DNA from: a virus
Lineage: Duplodnaviria > Caudoviricetes
Direction: 5' to 3' (one strand)
DNA length: 64,000 bases
Virus record (IMG/VR): IMGVR_UViG_2728369562_000003
Coordinates: 21,712 to 85,711 of that record
The notes under the pieces are model-generated. The model did not search any database. It was not told the origin of the DNA and saw nothing but the letters and a program-made list of their open reading frames with translations. The position numbers and the translations under genes were made by a program. Below are positions 21,072 to 31,810 of this stretch, piece after piece; position 1 is the first letter of the stretch, and each line of letters opens with the position of its first letter.

Positions 21072-21608
21072 TTAGGCCTCGATTACTTCAAGGCGAACAA
21101 GCTTTTGTCCCATTGTGTAAACAAGGTCATCTTCATTATTTACAACTAGGAACTTAGCAGAAGAATCAGCATAATCCTCATGAGGTGAAGCAGGATCACT
21201 AAGAATATATTTTTGAGTAGCGATATCAAAGTGAGCTACTTGACCTTGTTTAACCTCAGTCACTCCTGTATTAAATGAAAATGCAGAAACATCAAAACGG
21301 GTATAAGCTGGCTCAAGGATAACAATTCGAGCATGTTCTCCTACACCGTTATAAAAATCTCTCATTGATTCACCAAGGTAGCGTGCTTCAGGAGATGCAA
21401 TTAAATATGCTTTTTTTGTTTTATCTGATAACTTCGAAGCTGTACGGTTTCCCTCAGCATCAAATCCAAGTTCAACAAGCATGAAGTTGTCAATGTCTGA
21501 ACCAGTTACTTTTGCACCGTGAGCAACTGTTTTAATTTTTAAAGAATTCAAGTTTCCAGTAGTATGATTACCTACTTCAGTAAGGGCTTTTTGTAATCTT
21601 GTAGCCAT
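21072..21608 (-). CDS. yonC: YonC-like capsid-associated protein
   Basis: Synteny, GGAGG RBS. Confidence 0.75.
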   Translation of the reverse strand: MATRLQKALTEVGNHTTGNLNSLKIKTVAHGAKVTGSDIDNFMLVELGFDAEGNRTASKLSDKTKKAYLIASPEARYLGESMRDFYNGVGEHARIVILEPAYTRFDVSAFSFNTGVTEVKQGQVAHFDIATQKYILSDPASPHEDYADSSAKFLVVNNEDDLVYTMGQKLVRLEVIEA

Positions 21609-21632
21609 ATTTTATTCCTCCAAGTTTAAAGT

Positions 21633-23069
21633 TTATTGTGAAAAGCGGGATTCAAAAGAGTCATCGTTAGGGATTAAATTTTCCCGTTTACTTGAAAATT
21701 CTCTAATGGTTACATTTGTTTCAGCAGGAACACTAACTAAATCAACTAACATTGTGTTAAGTTGTAATACAGCTTTTTCTCCTTCTTCCCCTTGTTTAAT
21801 GGAAGCATGGATAAGGTTTTGTACTTCTTCTGTACTGAATTTATCCTCAGCATTTAAAGCTTCAAATTTCGCTTTATAGAATTCATTTTTCTCATTTAGT
21901 TTTTGCTCAAATAATGTTTTCTCGTGTTTTTCTTTATAAGGCTTCAATTGTTCCACTTCAGAATTTAATTGCACAAGCTTTTCACTGGCAGTGTTGAATT
22001 GCTGTTCAATATCTGCCTTATTCTTATTGATTTGATTTACTTGTTTCGTTAAATCTTTAATCTGTTCATCTTTTTGGTTAAGTTGTGTTTGAATAGGTTC
22101 AGGAACAACTTCCTCCCAGTTACGTGTCATGAATACCTCGGTTTTACTGTCAAAATCAATTGAAACAGTATCGCCTGTTCTTGTGTAATTGAACTTAAAG
22201 TATTTGTCATAGCTATTTTCATCTGACCAGCTATACACGTTTACGATGAAATATGTATCATATACATCTGCAATATAAGATGCTGACTCCTTGTCAAGGG
22301 TTGGATCTAATTGGTTATAAAGAAGTGTTCGAACGTCAGAATGAGACAATTCAAACACTTTTCTAAACTTGTTCATTTTTTCACCTTCCTCATTATTTTG
22401 TCTTGTAGCTGCTTGAGCCACTAATCTTTCAAATCGTTGAAGTTCATTAAAGCTTAGAAGTTTGGAAGAATCATAAGCGGGGAGGACAATGTCATGCTCT
22501 CCACGTTTCTCTGAATTTAAAATTGCATGGCCTTCGAAATAGATGGGAGACTGCAGGTGTTCAATACCATCTTGCATGGTGTAATTTGAATAAAGGATCT
22601 CACAACTTGTATTAATGTTGATGCCTCGACCATACCATTCGAGTAAAAGTTCACATGCATCTTTAAATCGAGAGTTCCAAAGGATTGCATCTGCTGCCAA
22701 TACTTCTTTTTTACCATCTGGGGTTTCAATTTCAGTTATGTATCCCTCGGATGTAAAGACACCAATTGGGGCAGTATCTCTTTTTACTTCAAGTTCTCCG
22801 TGCTTGTCTGTGTCTAGATAAGCTTCATGAGTTCCCAATGCATCTGTAGAAGTATTTAATTCATCAACCTCATAATATTTTGCAACAATTGGTTTATTAA
22901 TAATTGTTGAAGCAGCTTCAAGAGCAACATCCTTAGAAATTACTGCGTTATTGTGAGAGACATCGAAATCAAAAATGACAAAGCTACATGACAACTTTGT
23001 TGGGTCATCTGATGTTTTAATCTCATTCAATTGAAGTTGGCATAGTTTTTTCTTTTGCTTCTTTGTCAA
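21633..23069 (-). CDS. yonD: YonD-like prohead protease/scaffold
   Basis: N-terminal HK97-protease-like features (GTHE, NTSCEI), C-terminal coiled coil. Confidence 0.7.
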   Translation of the reverse strand: MTKKQKKKLCQLQLNEIKTSDDPTKLSCSFVIFDFDVSHNNAVISKDVALEAASTIINKPIVAKYYEVDELNTSTDALGTHEAYLDTDKHGELEVKRDTAPIGVFTSEGYITEIETPDGKKEVLAADAILWNSRFKDACELLLEWYGRGININTSCEILYSNYTMQDGIEHLQSPIYFEGHAILNSEKRGEHDIVLPAYDSSKLLSFNELQRFERLVAQAATRQNNEEGEKMNKFRKVFELSHSDVRTLLYNQLDPTLDKESASYIADVYDTYFIVNVYSWSDENSYDKYFKFNYTRTGDTVSIDFDSKTEVFMTRNWEEVVPEPIQTQLNQKDEQIKDLTKQVNQINKNKADIEQQFNTASEKLVQLNSEVEQLKPYKEKHEKTLFEQKLNEKNEFYKAKFEALNAEDKFSTEEVQNLIHASIKQGEEGEKAVLQLNTMLVDLVSVPAETNVTIREFSSKRENLIPNDDSFESRFSQ

Positions 23070-23099
23070 ATAATTTCACCTCCCTTCAAAAGTGAAGTT

Positions 23100-24620
23100 T
23101 TAAATAGGATTGTCATTACCGTTGGATGTAGCTGACTTCACTGTGTTGTCGTTGTTTTTATTTCCTTCATTTGGGCGACCTGCTTCATTCCCAGTGAAGG
23201 TATATGAAGTTTGATAAGGTCTAATTTTTTCTTGGAGTTTCAGCTCTTCAGTTTCATACAGAGTTTGTTCAAGGTAACTTTCCCAAGACACTCCTGCCAA
23301 ATTATCAACTACGTGCTTAATAGACCAGCCCTTATCGTTTAATTTAATTAAGATATCCATTTTTTCTTTTAGAGTGAGTGGCTTGTCCTTATCGTAATTC
23401 ATATAGTAGTTGTCTTTTTGGGCAACAGGTAAAACAAGGTTGAATAACTTTTGATAAACCTCTTGCTCAATATCCTCCATTAAAACTCCAATACGCTTAT
23501 AAAATGTATCCAAGTTTAACGACGAAGTTGCGTAGTTACCCCCATCACCATTTAAAAGGGAGCCGGATAAGCCGTAAGCAGATTGAATGTCGCTATTGAT
23601 ATGGTCAAATTTTGCTCCATCTAATCCATCTGCCTTAACATCAGGAAAGTTGATATCAGCAAAGTCAGGGATTGATACTACAGTTACTCCATCTTTTTGG
23701 TTCTTTTCTAAAGCTGCTTTAACTCCACCATGAATTTTTTGTTTTACTGCTTTAGGCAGCTTCATGTTTGTGTATTCGCCATCGCCTTTATCTGTTCCAA
23801 TCGTTAGAACTGCAACAGCGTTAATAATTTTATTTGCTATGGATCTTTCAACATCCTTAAGTTTCTTTTTATGGAGAACGTCATATAGACCTGGGGTAAC
23901 CCAAGATGTTCCTAATCCTTGATTTCTTTTTAGAGTTCCTGTGCGTAATGGAAAAGTTCTTTCTTGCGGCAGTTCCTTATATCGATATTTCTCTCGATCT
24001 TTCATGAAGTTTTCATAATCGCTCTGTTTAATATAAGGGGAGAGGCTTTTTAATAATTCATTTCTGCGATCATCTTCATATTTAGTGAACATCTCCATGT
24101 CAACTACACATACCCAGTCCCCATTTCTCCTAAAAGAGGGGAACACATATTTAATCTCATCAAAGATAAACGGATAGGGACTCTTAGCATCCCCAAGCCA
24201 TATACCAACAAGAGTACCAGCTGTAGCTACCTGTTTTAACAGATCCCTAGTAAGTCTTTTATGTTTAACCTTATGTAAGGATTTATTCAAAAGGGAAATA
24301 TGCTTATCTGAAGACTTAACTTTATTAAAGGAGTCAATTTTATAGTTGAGGGTAGGGAGGGCTTCAATCAATTCGAACAATTGGTGAATCTCTGCAGTTG
24401 AAATGTAAAAATACTCAGCAAGATCTTCAATTTCTTGTTGAAATTTATCAGGGTTAGAAAAATAATTCTTTAATTGTTCGGCCTCAATTTCCGTAACAAT
24501 GCCATTGGAAAACATATTTGATATAAAGCCGGAAGCAAATGTAGAAGTATAAGTTGAATAGTCATTCAGCATTTGCTTATACTCTTCAGACTCAATGTCA
24601 ACTTTATTTAAGGTTACCAT
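23100..24620 (-). CDS. yonE: Portal protein YonE
   Basis: 506 aa following terminase; C-terminal GRP motif. Confidence 0.8.
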   Translation of the reverse strand: MVTLNKVDIESEEYKQMLNDYSTYTSTFASGFISNMFSNGIVTEIEAEQLKNYFSNPDKFQQEIEDLAEYFYISTAEIHQLFELIEALPTLNYKIDSFNKVKSSDKHISLLNKSLHKVKHKRLTRDLLKQVATAGTLVGIWLGDAKSPYPFIFDEIKYVFPSFRRNGDWVCVVDMEMFTKYEDDRRNELLKSLSPYIKQSDYENFMKDREKYRYKELPQERTFPLRTGTLKRNQGLGTSWVTPGLYDVLHKKKLKDVERSIANKIINAVAVLTIGTDKGDGEYTNMKLPKAVKQKIHGGVKAALEKNQKDGVTVVSIPDFADINFPDVKADGLDGAKFDHINSDIQSAYGLSGSLLNGDGGNYATSSLNLDTFYKRIGVLMEDIEQEVYQKLFNLVLPVAQKDNYYMNYDKDKPLTLKEKMDILIKLNDKGWSIKHVVDNLAGVSWESYLEQTLYETEELKLQEKIRPYQTSYTFTGNEAGRPNEGNKNNDNTVKSATSNGNDNPI

Positions 24621-24637
24621 GTTTCACCTCATTTCTT

Positions 24638-26407
24638 TTAAAAATAGACTAGTTCATCTTCAACGTCATATTCAGTTTGTTTGTTTAACTGTCTTTCTAA
24701 TACAGTAGCAATATAGTTGCCATAAGCCACTGAGCTATATCTGTCTTTTCGTTTACTCTTTGGCTCTTTAAGCTTAACTTGTCCGTTATCGCTATATTCA
24801 GCTTCCAAGTTGATCATTTCATTTATCAGAAGGGTAATCTGAGCATAGCTTGAAAGAAATTTTCCTTTAACTTCAGGAGATAGCCCTTCATAGCCTTTAA
24901 ATCTTTTCAGATATTCTTTTCCTTCATTTTCGTTGATAGGAATTTTGATTTTCCCTCGTTTGAATCCATCTTTGAGTAATACAGCGATTTCACTGTTCAA
25001 TTGTGCATTACCTTTAATGCTATAAATCACTTTTTCGGCATTTTGATAAGTACAACGCTCAGCCATTCTTTCATCGTTAATACATGAAAATGGCTCATAT
25101 TCTTTTGCACGTTCTTTATCATATAGAGGCTGGCATAATGCATCATACACACCTAGTCCGATACTCTGAGTATCCAATACAATATAATCGCAATCATAAT
25201 CTTCGTATATTTGTCGAATTCTTGTTGCTTGAGTCCCTGTGTGACCGCCAACGATGCTCTCCATGTATACAATATGACGATCATACCCATTGGAGTTTGG
25301 AATCAGTCTGAATACAGTATAAACACTGGCGTCATTATCCTTACCGGCCATTCCAGCGATATCATTGCTCACAAGTCTAATTTCTCCTGGTTTCTTGCCT
25401 TCATACTTGAAGTTGGAATCCTTGATAAGACTGTAATAGTCAGGGGGGAAGAGGGGAGAAGCAAGCTTGCGGTTCTTTTCAATGTCTTCAAATTTAAAAT
25501 AAGCTTTTTCAGATTCACCAAACCAGAGAGCTTCCATTTCCATAGACCAACCAATAGGATCGAAGTCTTCTTCGGCCATTTCATCTCTAACCTGATCTTT
25601 ATCCAAAAGGCCTTCTTTAATTGCAATCTGATAAGGGAGACCGCACACAAAATATTTCGATCCTTTCATCATGGCATTGTAGTAAGTTATGAATCTGTTA
25701 AATGACCAATGAACCTTGTACCAGCAGGAAGACAAGTAAATTTCTTTGTTTCGTTCTTTTAAGTGAGCGTATTCTTCTTTTTCGAGATATTTAGGAGAAC
25801 GGGGAGCTGTCAGGAATTTTCGAAGTACTTTACTGATGATTTCAAAATCAACCATTCTGAATTCATCTACAATAAGGAGGTTTGCACGCTTGGAGCGGGC
25901 GCCATCATTTGAGGCTACGATTTTAATCCAGCTGCCATTATGAAACTCCACTTTAGCATCATTTGTTGAGGTTTTTAAATCTTCAATTTCTCGCCTTAAA
26001 TTAGGCGATTCTTTGCGCAAGTCATCAATTTTCTCTATGACTTCACGAGCTTGTCCCTTTGTGCCCGATGCGATAACTATTTTAGTACCTGGGAAGAGTA
26101 TGGCTTGCACACAGCAGTATACAGAGGTTAGCCAAGTTTTACCCTGCCCACGACTGGCCAAGTACATAAAGTAATGATTATGTACCATCATGTAAATTAA
26201 AATACACTGGAACAATTTAAGCGTAATACCTAAGTATTCTTTTACAAAGCGATGTGGGTTTGCTCTATAGAAAGAAGTCCATGCGCCGATACCATCCATT
26301 AATCGTTCAGATTTTGATTTCTTTTTAAAGTTGTTTCCCTTTTTAAAGATATTGATTCCTCGGCTGTGCTTGTTGCGATCTGTTGTAAAATTTTTATGTG
26401 AGGTCAT
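24638..26407 (-). CDS. yonF: Terminase large subunit YonF
   Basis: Walker A SRGQGKT, Walker B LIVDE, nuclease motifs NDIAG, DNDAS, KDRYSS. Confidence 0.92.
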   Translation of the reverse strand: MTSHKNFTTDRNKHSRGINIFKKGNNFKKKSKSERLMDGIGAWTSFYRANPHRFVKEYLGITLKLFQCILIYMMVHNHYFMYLASRGQGKTWLTSVYCCVQAILFPGTKIVIASGTKGQAREVIEKIDDLRKESPNLRREIEDLKTSTNDAKVEFHNGSWIKIVASNDGARSKRANLLIVDEFRMVDFEIISKVLRKFLTAPRSPKYLEKEEYAHLKERNKEIYLSSCWYKVHWSFNRFITYYNAMMKGSKYFVCGLPYQIAIKEGLLDKDQVRDEMAEEDFDPIGWSMEMEALWFGESEKAYFKFEDIEKNRKLASPLFPPDYYSLIKDSNFKYEGKKPGEIRLVSNDIAGMAGKDNDASVYTVFRLIPNSNGYDRHIVYMESIVGGHTGTQATRIRQIYEDYDCDYIVLDTQSIGLGVYDALCQPLYDKERAKEYEPFSCINDERMAERCTYQNAEKVIYSIKGNAQLNSEIAVLLKDGFKRGKIKIPINENEGKEYLKRFKGYEGLSPEVKGKFLSSYAQITLLINEMINLEAEYSDNGQVKLKEPKSKRKDRYSSVAYGNYIATVLERQLNKQTEYDVEDELVYF

Positions 26408-27314
26408 TTTCTCGATCCTCTTCTTCTGCAACAGGTTCTTCAACAGTATGCTTATTCATTTCTTCCCAATATTCCTCTGAATATTGATTTTTCAAACCAA
26501 GCATTCGGGACAGATGCCCAAGGAAAAACACCTTAATGTATTTCCCGATTTTATCAGGATCTTTCCACCTCGGCTCCGGCTCAGGAATAGGTCTCTCATT
26601 CTCATATTTTTTGATCAGAGTGCCAAAAGACTCTTGTTCAACTCCACTTGCTCCAGTTTCTTGAACTGGTTTTAAATTACTTGATCCAAGTAAATCTTGA
26701 AGAGTTTTTTGCTGCTGATCGACTTTTTCACCATTTTCCCGCCGTTTGCGTATATCTAACCGAGTCAAACATATTTCATTTATAAGAAGTTCCATTCCCT
26801 TAGAGTCGCATTCATACCTATTCGTAAAGTCAATGTACTCATTCTGAAGCCAAATGTAATCTTCAACATCAAGACCACGACCCCAGAATTGCATTAATTC
26901 ATCTATGTCTTCCTTAGATATATCTTCTGTACTTTTAGCTAGTAATAGCTGTGTTGTATATTCTTGTTCTTCTTCAAAGTCAAACTCACTGTCTGCCCAA
27001 GTTTTTGACTTGTAATCTTTCATTCCGATATTTTTCATATACGTACCTAACACATTTCCAGCTGATTTTTTCTTGGACTCTGATTCATTAACAGCGGAAA
27101 CCCACAAGTCGTAAACAAAAGGACGGTCAATCATTCTTAAGATGTTTTGAACATTCTTTAAGTTATCTTTGTCTTTTTGGAATTCATTTTGGAGACAGCT
27201 CTTACATACTGACAGCTTGCCGGTTGCAGAATTGAAAGGAGATTCCGAGATATAATATTGATTGGCATTTTGCTCTTTGCCGCAGCATGAGCATTTGATT
27301 TTTTCTATAGCCAT
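26394..27314 (-). CDS. yonG: YonG, probable terminase small subunit with Zn ribbon
   Basis: CSCC and CKSC motifs, overlaps yonF. Confidence 0.7.
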   Translation of the reverse strand: MAIEKIKCSCCGKEQNANQYYISESPFNSATGKLSVCKSCLQNEFQKDKDNLKNVQNILRMIDRPFVYDLWVSAVNESESKKKSAGNVLGTYMKNIGMKDYKSKTWADSEFDFEEEQEYTTQLLLAKSTEDISKEDIDELMQFWGRGLDVEDYIWLQNEYIDFTNRYECDSKGMELLINEICLTRLDIRKRRENGEKVDQQQKTLQDLLGSSNLKPVQETGASGVEQESFGTLIKKYENERPIPEPEPRWKDPDKIGKYIKVFFLGHLSRMLGLKNQYSEEYWEEMNKHTVEEPVAEEEDRENDLT

Positions 27315-27419
27315 TTTTCACCTCCATAAAGTTAGTTGATGTAAACACGTTTTATAAAACGCCCAGTAATAGAGCGGAAGGGGAGTACCGCAATCATCCT
27401 AGGCGTTCTAAAAAGGTGT

Positions 27420-27962
27420 TTAAACTAAAGAAGAGAGGACTTCATCGTGATGAAATCCTCCTTTGATCTCAATTCCTAATTTTTTAATTGTATTGAGTTG
27501 ATCTTTAGTAACAGTACAATCGATATAAACACCATTCGGAAAATGATTACCTTCTAAATAATTGGCTGAGATAATGGCACAACTAATTCCTTTTTCTTTG
27601 ACCAAGTCTTTGTAAACCTCTTTATGAGCTCCTACAAGTAAAGGAATATTATTCTCTTGTGATAGCCTAAGAAGAAGAGTTGTTTTACCTTTACCTCTCT
27701 GAGAATCATTTACCAGCAGCATTTTGGGTGCATTTTTATGAAACTTTTCTTGTAGTGATTTATCAACGTCATTAAATACAACTTTCATTCGCTTGAATGG
27801 AGGTTCGATTTTATCTCCAAAAATAGTTAAATGAATAGCTTCTAATACTCGCTTAATCTCAACATCACATTTGTATCCAGACTGTTTTAACTTTGAGAGA
27901 GTTTCTAAGTGCTTATTCAGATATTTAAAGTCTTCATTCGTCATTTTCTTCTTCATCCTCAA
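27420..27962 (-). CDS. yonH: YonH-like protein with P-loop
   Basis: QRGKGKTT Walker A-like motif; synteny. Confidence 0.65.
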   Translation of the reverse strand: MRMKKKMTNEDFKYLNKHLETLSKLKQSGYKCDVEIKRVLEAIHLTIFGDKIEPPFKRMKVVFNDVDKSLQEKFHKNAPKMLLVNDSQRGKGKTTLLLRLSQENNIPLLVGAHKEVYKDLVKEKGISCAIISANYLEGNHFPNGVYIDCTVTKDQLNTIKKLGIEIKGGFHHDEVLSSLV

Positions 27963-28248
27963 TCGGTCGTTTTTTGTATTACTTTAATAAACCTTTTTGT
28001 AGTCAGCCATTAATGTGACTCCGATCTAAATAAAATTAAAGTTTTAAACAAAGTTTATAGGAGCCTACATCGAGGCTCCCTTAGTTGAAAAAATAATGTC
28101 CTAACACTTCGATTAGTCTCAGTTGTAGGAATTAACCAGCAATAATTATGGAAAGCTCCGTTTTAAACTCATCTGAGAAATTAACCCAATGACCACTTAA
28201 TTCGTTAATAAAACTTTTTGTCTTCATTTAGTTTTACTCCCTATTAAA

Positions 28249-29466
28249 TTAATTCAATATGTAATCATACTGAATTGTACGACCTTTACCAGACTCATAA
28301 ATTGATAGGTTTGCTCCAGCTTTGGCACCTGTCATTAAGCTGTCACTGTATTCATCGGAACCCATTACAGAAGGGAGTTGTATAACTTGGATATTATGAG
28401 TGGCTGCTTCACCTACAGTGAGCATGTTTCCGTGGTGGAAGTGGGAGATGTACATGTAATCGTAGAATTTTCGTTTCATCTGTGAGATGTCACGAATGGC
28501 ATTCTTCTTGTTTTTAATCTGGTGTCCGTGACATGCGACAATTTCAAATTCAAGTAATTTAAAATCCACAATTCCTTCGTCGTATAAAGGAACTTCAATT
28601 CGCTCATTGTCTTTGAGTACGTCATGGATATAAGTAGCTATAATACGCTCTACATCTTCCTTAGGCATTTCCGAGCGATTTGTATTATGTAATCTTAGTT
28701 CAGTATGATTTGCAGAAGGGATATGTATGTACTTAATTTTGACGTACTTAGAAAGTTCTAGCAGCCATTCAGCTTTGTACCTAGAATATTTAATTACCTG
28801 GTCAATAAAACCGTACTGAAGGGCAGTTAATTGCGATACGCGCAATGCCATACCTTCAACACTATCAGCACCATTTAATACGACCAGCTCATCTAAATTT
28901 TCTTTGTGAATGTACTCAACAGTTTCAGAAAGAATTTGATTCATACGCTGCAGATATATCTGTTCGTTGTATTCATTGTTGTTGCTTTTAAATTGCTTCC
29001 CGAAATGTTCATCTCCAAATCCTAGAACTGCAGCTCTTTTTCTTTCGCTTCTTTTCAATGGATAGAAGGAAGGGGGAGCGAGAGTGCCTATTTTCTCAAT
29101 TGCTTCAGTTACATTTTCATATAGAAGCTCTGTTCGTCCTTTGACACGTGTGCTTTTATGTATTTCATGCTTTACAGCTTGAAGCTTCTTTCTCTCTTCC
29201 ATGATTTCAACCTTTTTCATTTCCAGTTCAAGGAGAGAAGAGTTTGATTCAGCTGACTTTTCTTTTTGGTATTCAACCCCCTCAATGAAGTTGTTGAACC
29301 ATTTTCTATAAGCTGATTCACCTTTAGATTCGCCGGTTTCTTTGTTTATTAACTCTTTGATTTCTTCCCAGTTTAGATTATAAATGTCTTTATTAGAGCA
29401 GATTCTTATTTTCCATTCTTTAAGGTTTTCATCTGAGTGACGCTTAGTTTGAATAGGATCGATCAT
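28249..29466 (-). CDS. yonJ: YonJ metallophosphoesterase-fold protein
   Basis: GDEHFG, GADSVEG, SANH, CHGH, SHFHH motifs. Confidence 0.85.
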   Translation of the reverse strand: MIDPIQTKRHSDENLKEWKIRICSNKDIYNLNWEEIKELINKETGESKGESAYRKWFNNFIEGVEYQKEKSAESNSSLLELEMKKVEIMEERKKLQAVKHEIHKSTRVKGRTELLYENVTEAIEKIGTLAPPSFYPLKRSERKRAAVLGFGDEHFGKQFKSNNNEYNEQIYLQRMNQILSETVEYIHKENLDELVVLNGADSVEGMALRVSQLTALQYGFIDQVIKYSRYKAEWLLELSKYVKIKYIHIPSANHTELRLHNTNRSEMPKEDVERIIATYIHDVLKDNERIEVPLYDEGIVDFKLLEFEIVACHGHQIKNKKNAIRDISQMKRKFYDYMYISHFHHGNMLTVGEAATHNIQVIQLPSVMGSDEYSDSLMTGAKAGANLSIYESGKGRTIQYDYILN

Positions 29467-29482
29467 TCAGTCAATCATCTCC

Positions 29483-29674
29483 TTACTCAACGTCTTTAAC
29501 AGGAAGTTCATTTTCTTCTTTTACAGTAATTGAAACATTCTTTCCATTAAACTCTGAGAGAATTTCTTTGAAGTCATATGTGTATTCAGCTTCTTTAGTT
29601 TGTTCAGTAACTTCCATTACGTCCATATCGAAAAAGCCTTTAACATTAATTTGATGTACTTTTTTGCTTGCCAT
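29483..29674 (-). CDS. yonK: YonK protein
   Basis: 63 aa MASKKVHQINVKG..., synteny. Confidence 0.85.
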   Translation of the reverse strand: MASKKVHQINVKGFFDMDVMEVTEQTKEAEYTYDFKEILSEFNGKNVSITVKEENELPVKDVE

Positions 29675-29944
29675 TTAAATTCCTCCAATAGTTTTCTATT
29701 TACATACAATAAACTCCTTCGGAAGCCCGATGATCCGAAGCATCGGTAACGTCCGAGAAGGGGATATAAAGGAGATGAAGGATAAGTCGGATAGGCGTTG
29801 GGGAAACGCCCGAAGGAGATTATTGAAAACTTGCGTACATATGTATTACAGACCTATTTGAGTTATCAAGAACTGCTCCGTGTGGTAAAATAATCCACAG
29901 TAGGTATAATGAAGTGTAGATGAATTTGAAAAAGGAGTGTTTTT

Positions 29945-30118
29945 TTGATAGACAAAGTTTTGAATGCCTTTATTATAATAGGTGTTTTGTTGATAGTTGG
30001 AGCGGTTACTGTTTTTAAAGATTTTGAATATCACCAATATCTTCGTTTTGGTGGGGCAGCATTGATAGCTTTTGGCTATATGTTTGGTTATGACAAAGTA
30101 AAAGCTAAAAAAGAGTAA
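29945..30118 (+). CDS. Small two-TM membrane protein (57 aa, MIDKVLNAFIIIGVLL...)
   Basis: AAGGAG RBS with TTG start, TATAAT at 29905; opposite to late operon. Confidence 0.65.
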   Translation: MIDKVLNAFIIIGVLLIVGAVTVFKDFEYHQYLRFGGAALIAFGYMFGYDKVKAKKE

Positions 30119-30289
30119 ATGACTTTTAAATTCTATTGTTCCAGTTATTTTCTTCCCCCTCTCACCTACATCAGTAACTCACGTAGGAACGCAAGCCTTC
30201 GGATCGACAGGGAAATCTGAAAATAACAAAAGACGTCATAATGACGTCTTCAGGAACTCCTTGTACAGCTTGGCACATGAGTTAAATTA

Positions 30290-30556
30290 TTGGAACAACA
30301 GAGAACAGAGTATATTTTTGATTAAAATATCACTAATAAAGGTTTGCGTCCGTAAACTCGTAAATCTCGTAATTCGTAAGCTGTAAAACGTAATCCGTCT
30401 CCAACCTAGGAAATAAATGAGTTTTGGTATTACAGTTTAGATACGCTCTAAACTAAAGCGGCTTTCTACTTCTCTGTTGTCCAAGCTGGGCAGTTTTACA
30501 CCCAGCTATCAAGATAAAAGTGATTTTACCCTCATAGCTAAGTTAAAACCTTAGCT
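30290..30556 (-). ncRNA. Candidate structured RNA downstream of youB with UUACG repeats
   Basis: Long-range stem 30290-30305/30470-30484 enclosing CGTAA repeats; three further hairpins. Confidence 0.45.
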
Positions 30557-30557
30557 T

Positions 30558-31073
30558 TTATAGATACTTATCTGCAGCTTCAAACTCAATTTCATAATTA
30601 TGATTAGCTTTTTCAATAGAGTTTGAAAGACGATTAGCCATTCTTTCTAACTTTAATCCTTTAGTTTGCATCTTATCAGGATCAAACAAGGCTTCACGAT
30701 AACTAATAACATCAGAATAAGAATTTACTCGTTCAGTTTTCTGAGAACGACCGTAACTTTTGAGTTTATTCGCTTCACCTCTAAGTTGCTGTGCTAATTC
30801 AAGCGCTTCTGTGATCGATAATTCCTTTTCATCCCACAAAACTTTTGCATCCAGGTTGGCTTTAGCGATTAGTACTACCAATTCACGATAATCTTTTTTA
30901 GTCGATTCTAGCTCAGCTGTGATTTGGTCTACAGTTTTTGTTGGTTTTGTATATTTTTCATCCTTATCATGTTCAACATATGCAACACTATCTCGTTCCT
31001 GTAAAAGTTCCTGAATACGTTTTGAGATTGCATTTCTTAAAGGTAAAGCTTCAAATAAAGCGATTTTTGACAT
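30558..31073 (-). CDS. youB: YouB, DIP1984/DUF6847-like coiled-coil protein
   Basis: LFEALPLR..., SITEAL, IEKAN motifs characteristic of the DIP1984 family. Confidence 0.75.
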   Translation of the reverse strand: MSKIALFEALPLRNAISKRIQELLQERDSVAYVEHDKDEKYTKPTKTVDQITAELESTKKDYRELVVLIAKANLDAKVLWDEKELSITEALELAQQLRGEANKLKSYGRSQKTERVNSYSDVISYREALFDPDKMQTKGLKLERMANRLSNSIEKANHNYEIEFEAADKYL

Positions 31074-31179
31074 TTATTATCTTCTCCTTTAGACATACAT
31101 CTTTTATATTCTAATAGATTCTTAAATAAATTGCCAATAAAACAAATTTTATCCTTAGTTATAATCAAAACAATCGAAA

Positions 31180-31810
31180 AGGTAAGACCCATATAACCCT
31201 CTTCAGAGACATTCCTGTCTTCAGGTCACACACCTTATCTACATACAATGCGTGTAGATCGCCAGTCTCTTATTTTGCACAGTTTTCTCTGACCCGTGTA
31301 AGGAGGTATGTGCATGGGAAAGATAAGTCTCCATTCAGAATGAAGGAGAAGTAGTGAATAAATAGCGAATATGTTGCTAAGTGAAATTTAAGGTAAGGAA
31401 GACGCATCTGCCATACCTAAGTGTAAGCCGAAGCAGTACACCGCAATTAATATTCAGACTTCATGTCACCCATAGTAAGACTGTGATGGGATTCACCCTA
31501 CATAAACAGCTTGAGTAGCCTAGGTCTTACCGACATGTTTAGCCCGATAATAGTCATTTACCTGTCTCCTTTAGATACAGACATCCGAGTTAACCTCGCA
31601 CCCTCATAAATGACTATTATCCGACTAACTGCAATGACCAACCGCAGTTTGTGTCAGAATGATACAGAAAATAGGGGAGTAGATATTGTTTAATCAAGAA
31701 AAGCTAGTCCACACACAGGAGAGGAATCTCCACTAATGTTCATTCAAATTAGTCTGTGCCTCCATAAATGAACATTAGTGGAGAACTGATATCCCATATA
31801 TCAGTAATTA
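31180..31810 (-). ncRNA. Candidate large structured non-coding RNA between yonN and youB
   Basis: No credible ORF; GGTAAGACC/GGTCTTACC long-range pairing, 15-bp and 16-bp perfect stems, cUUCGg loop on minus strand. Confidence 0.45.

Noticed and set aside
28080-28227. Short ORF MKTKSFINELSGHW... between yonJ and yonH
   Set aside because: Only 31 codons; may be a remnant and has no supporting motif.
30347-30400. CGTAA repeats as a CRISPR array
   Set aside because: Repeats are 5 bp with 2-4 bp linkers; no spacers and no cas genes.
30514-31152. ATAAAA-N4-TTTTA variants flanking youB (30514, 31137)
   Set aside because: A 4-bp spacer departs from the N6 consensus, so they are not counted as cassette sites, although their position is suggestive.
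31200-31335. Group I intron R/S-like strings (TTCAGAGAC, AAGATAAGTC)
   Set aside because: No proper P7 pairing or interrupted host gene; AGAGAC pairs locally with GTCTCT instead.
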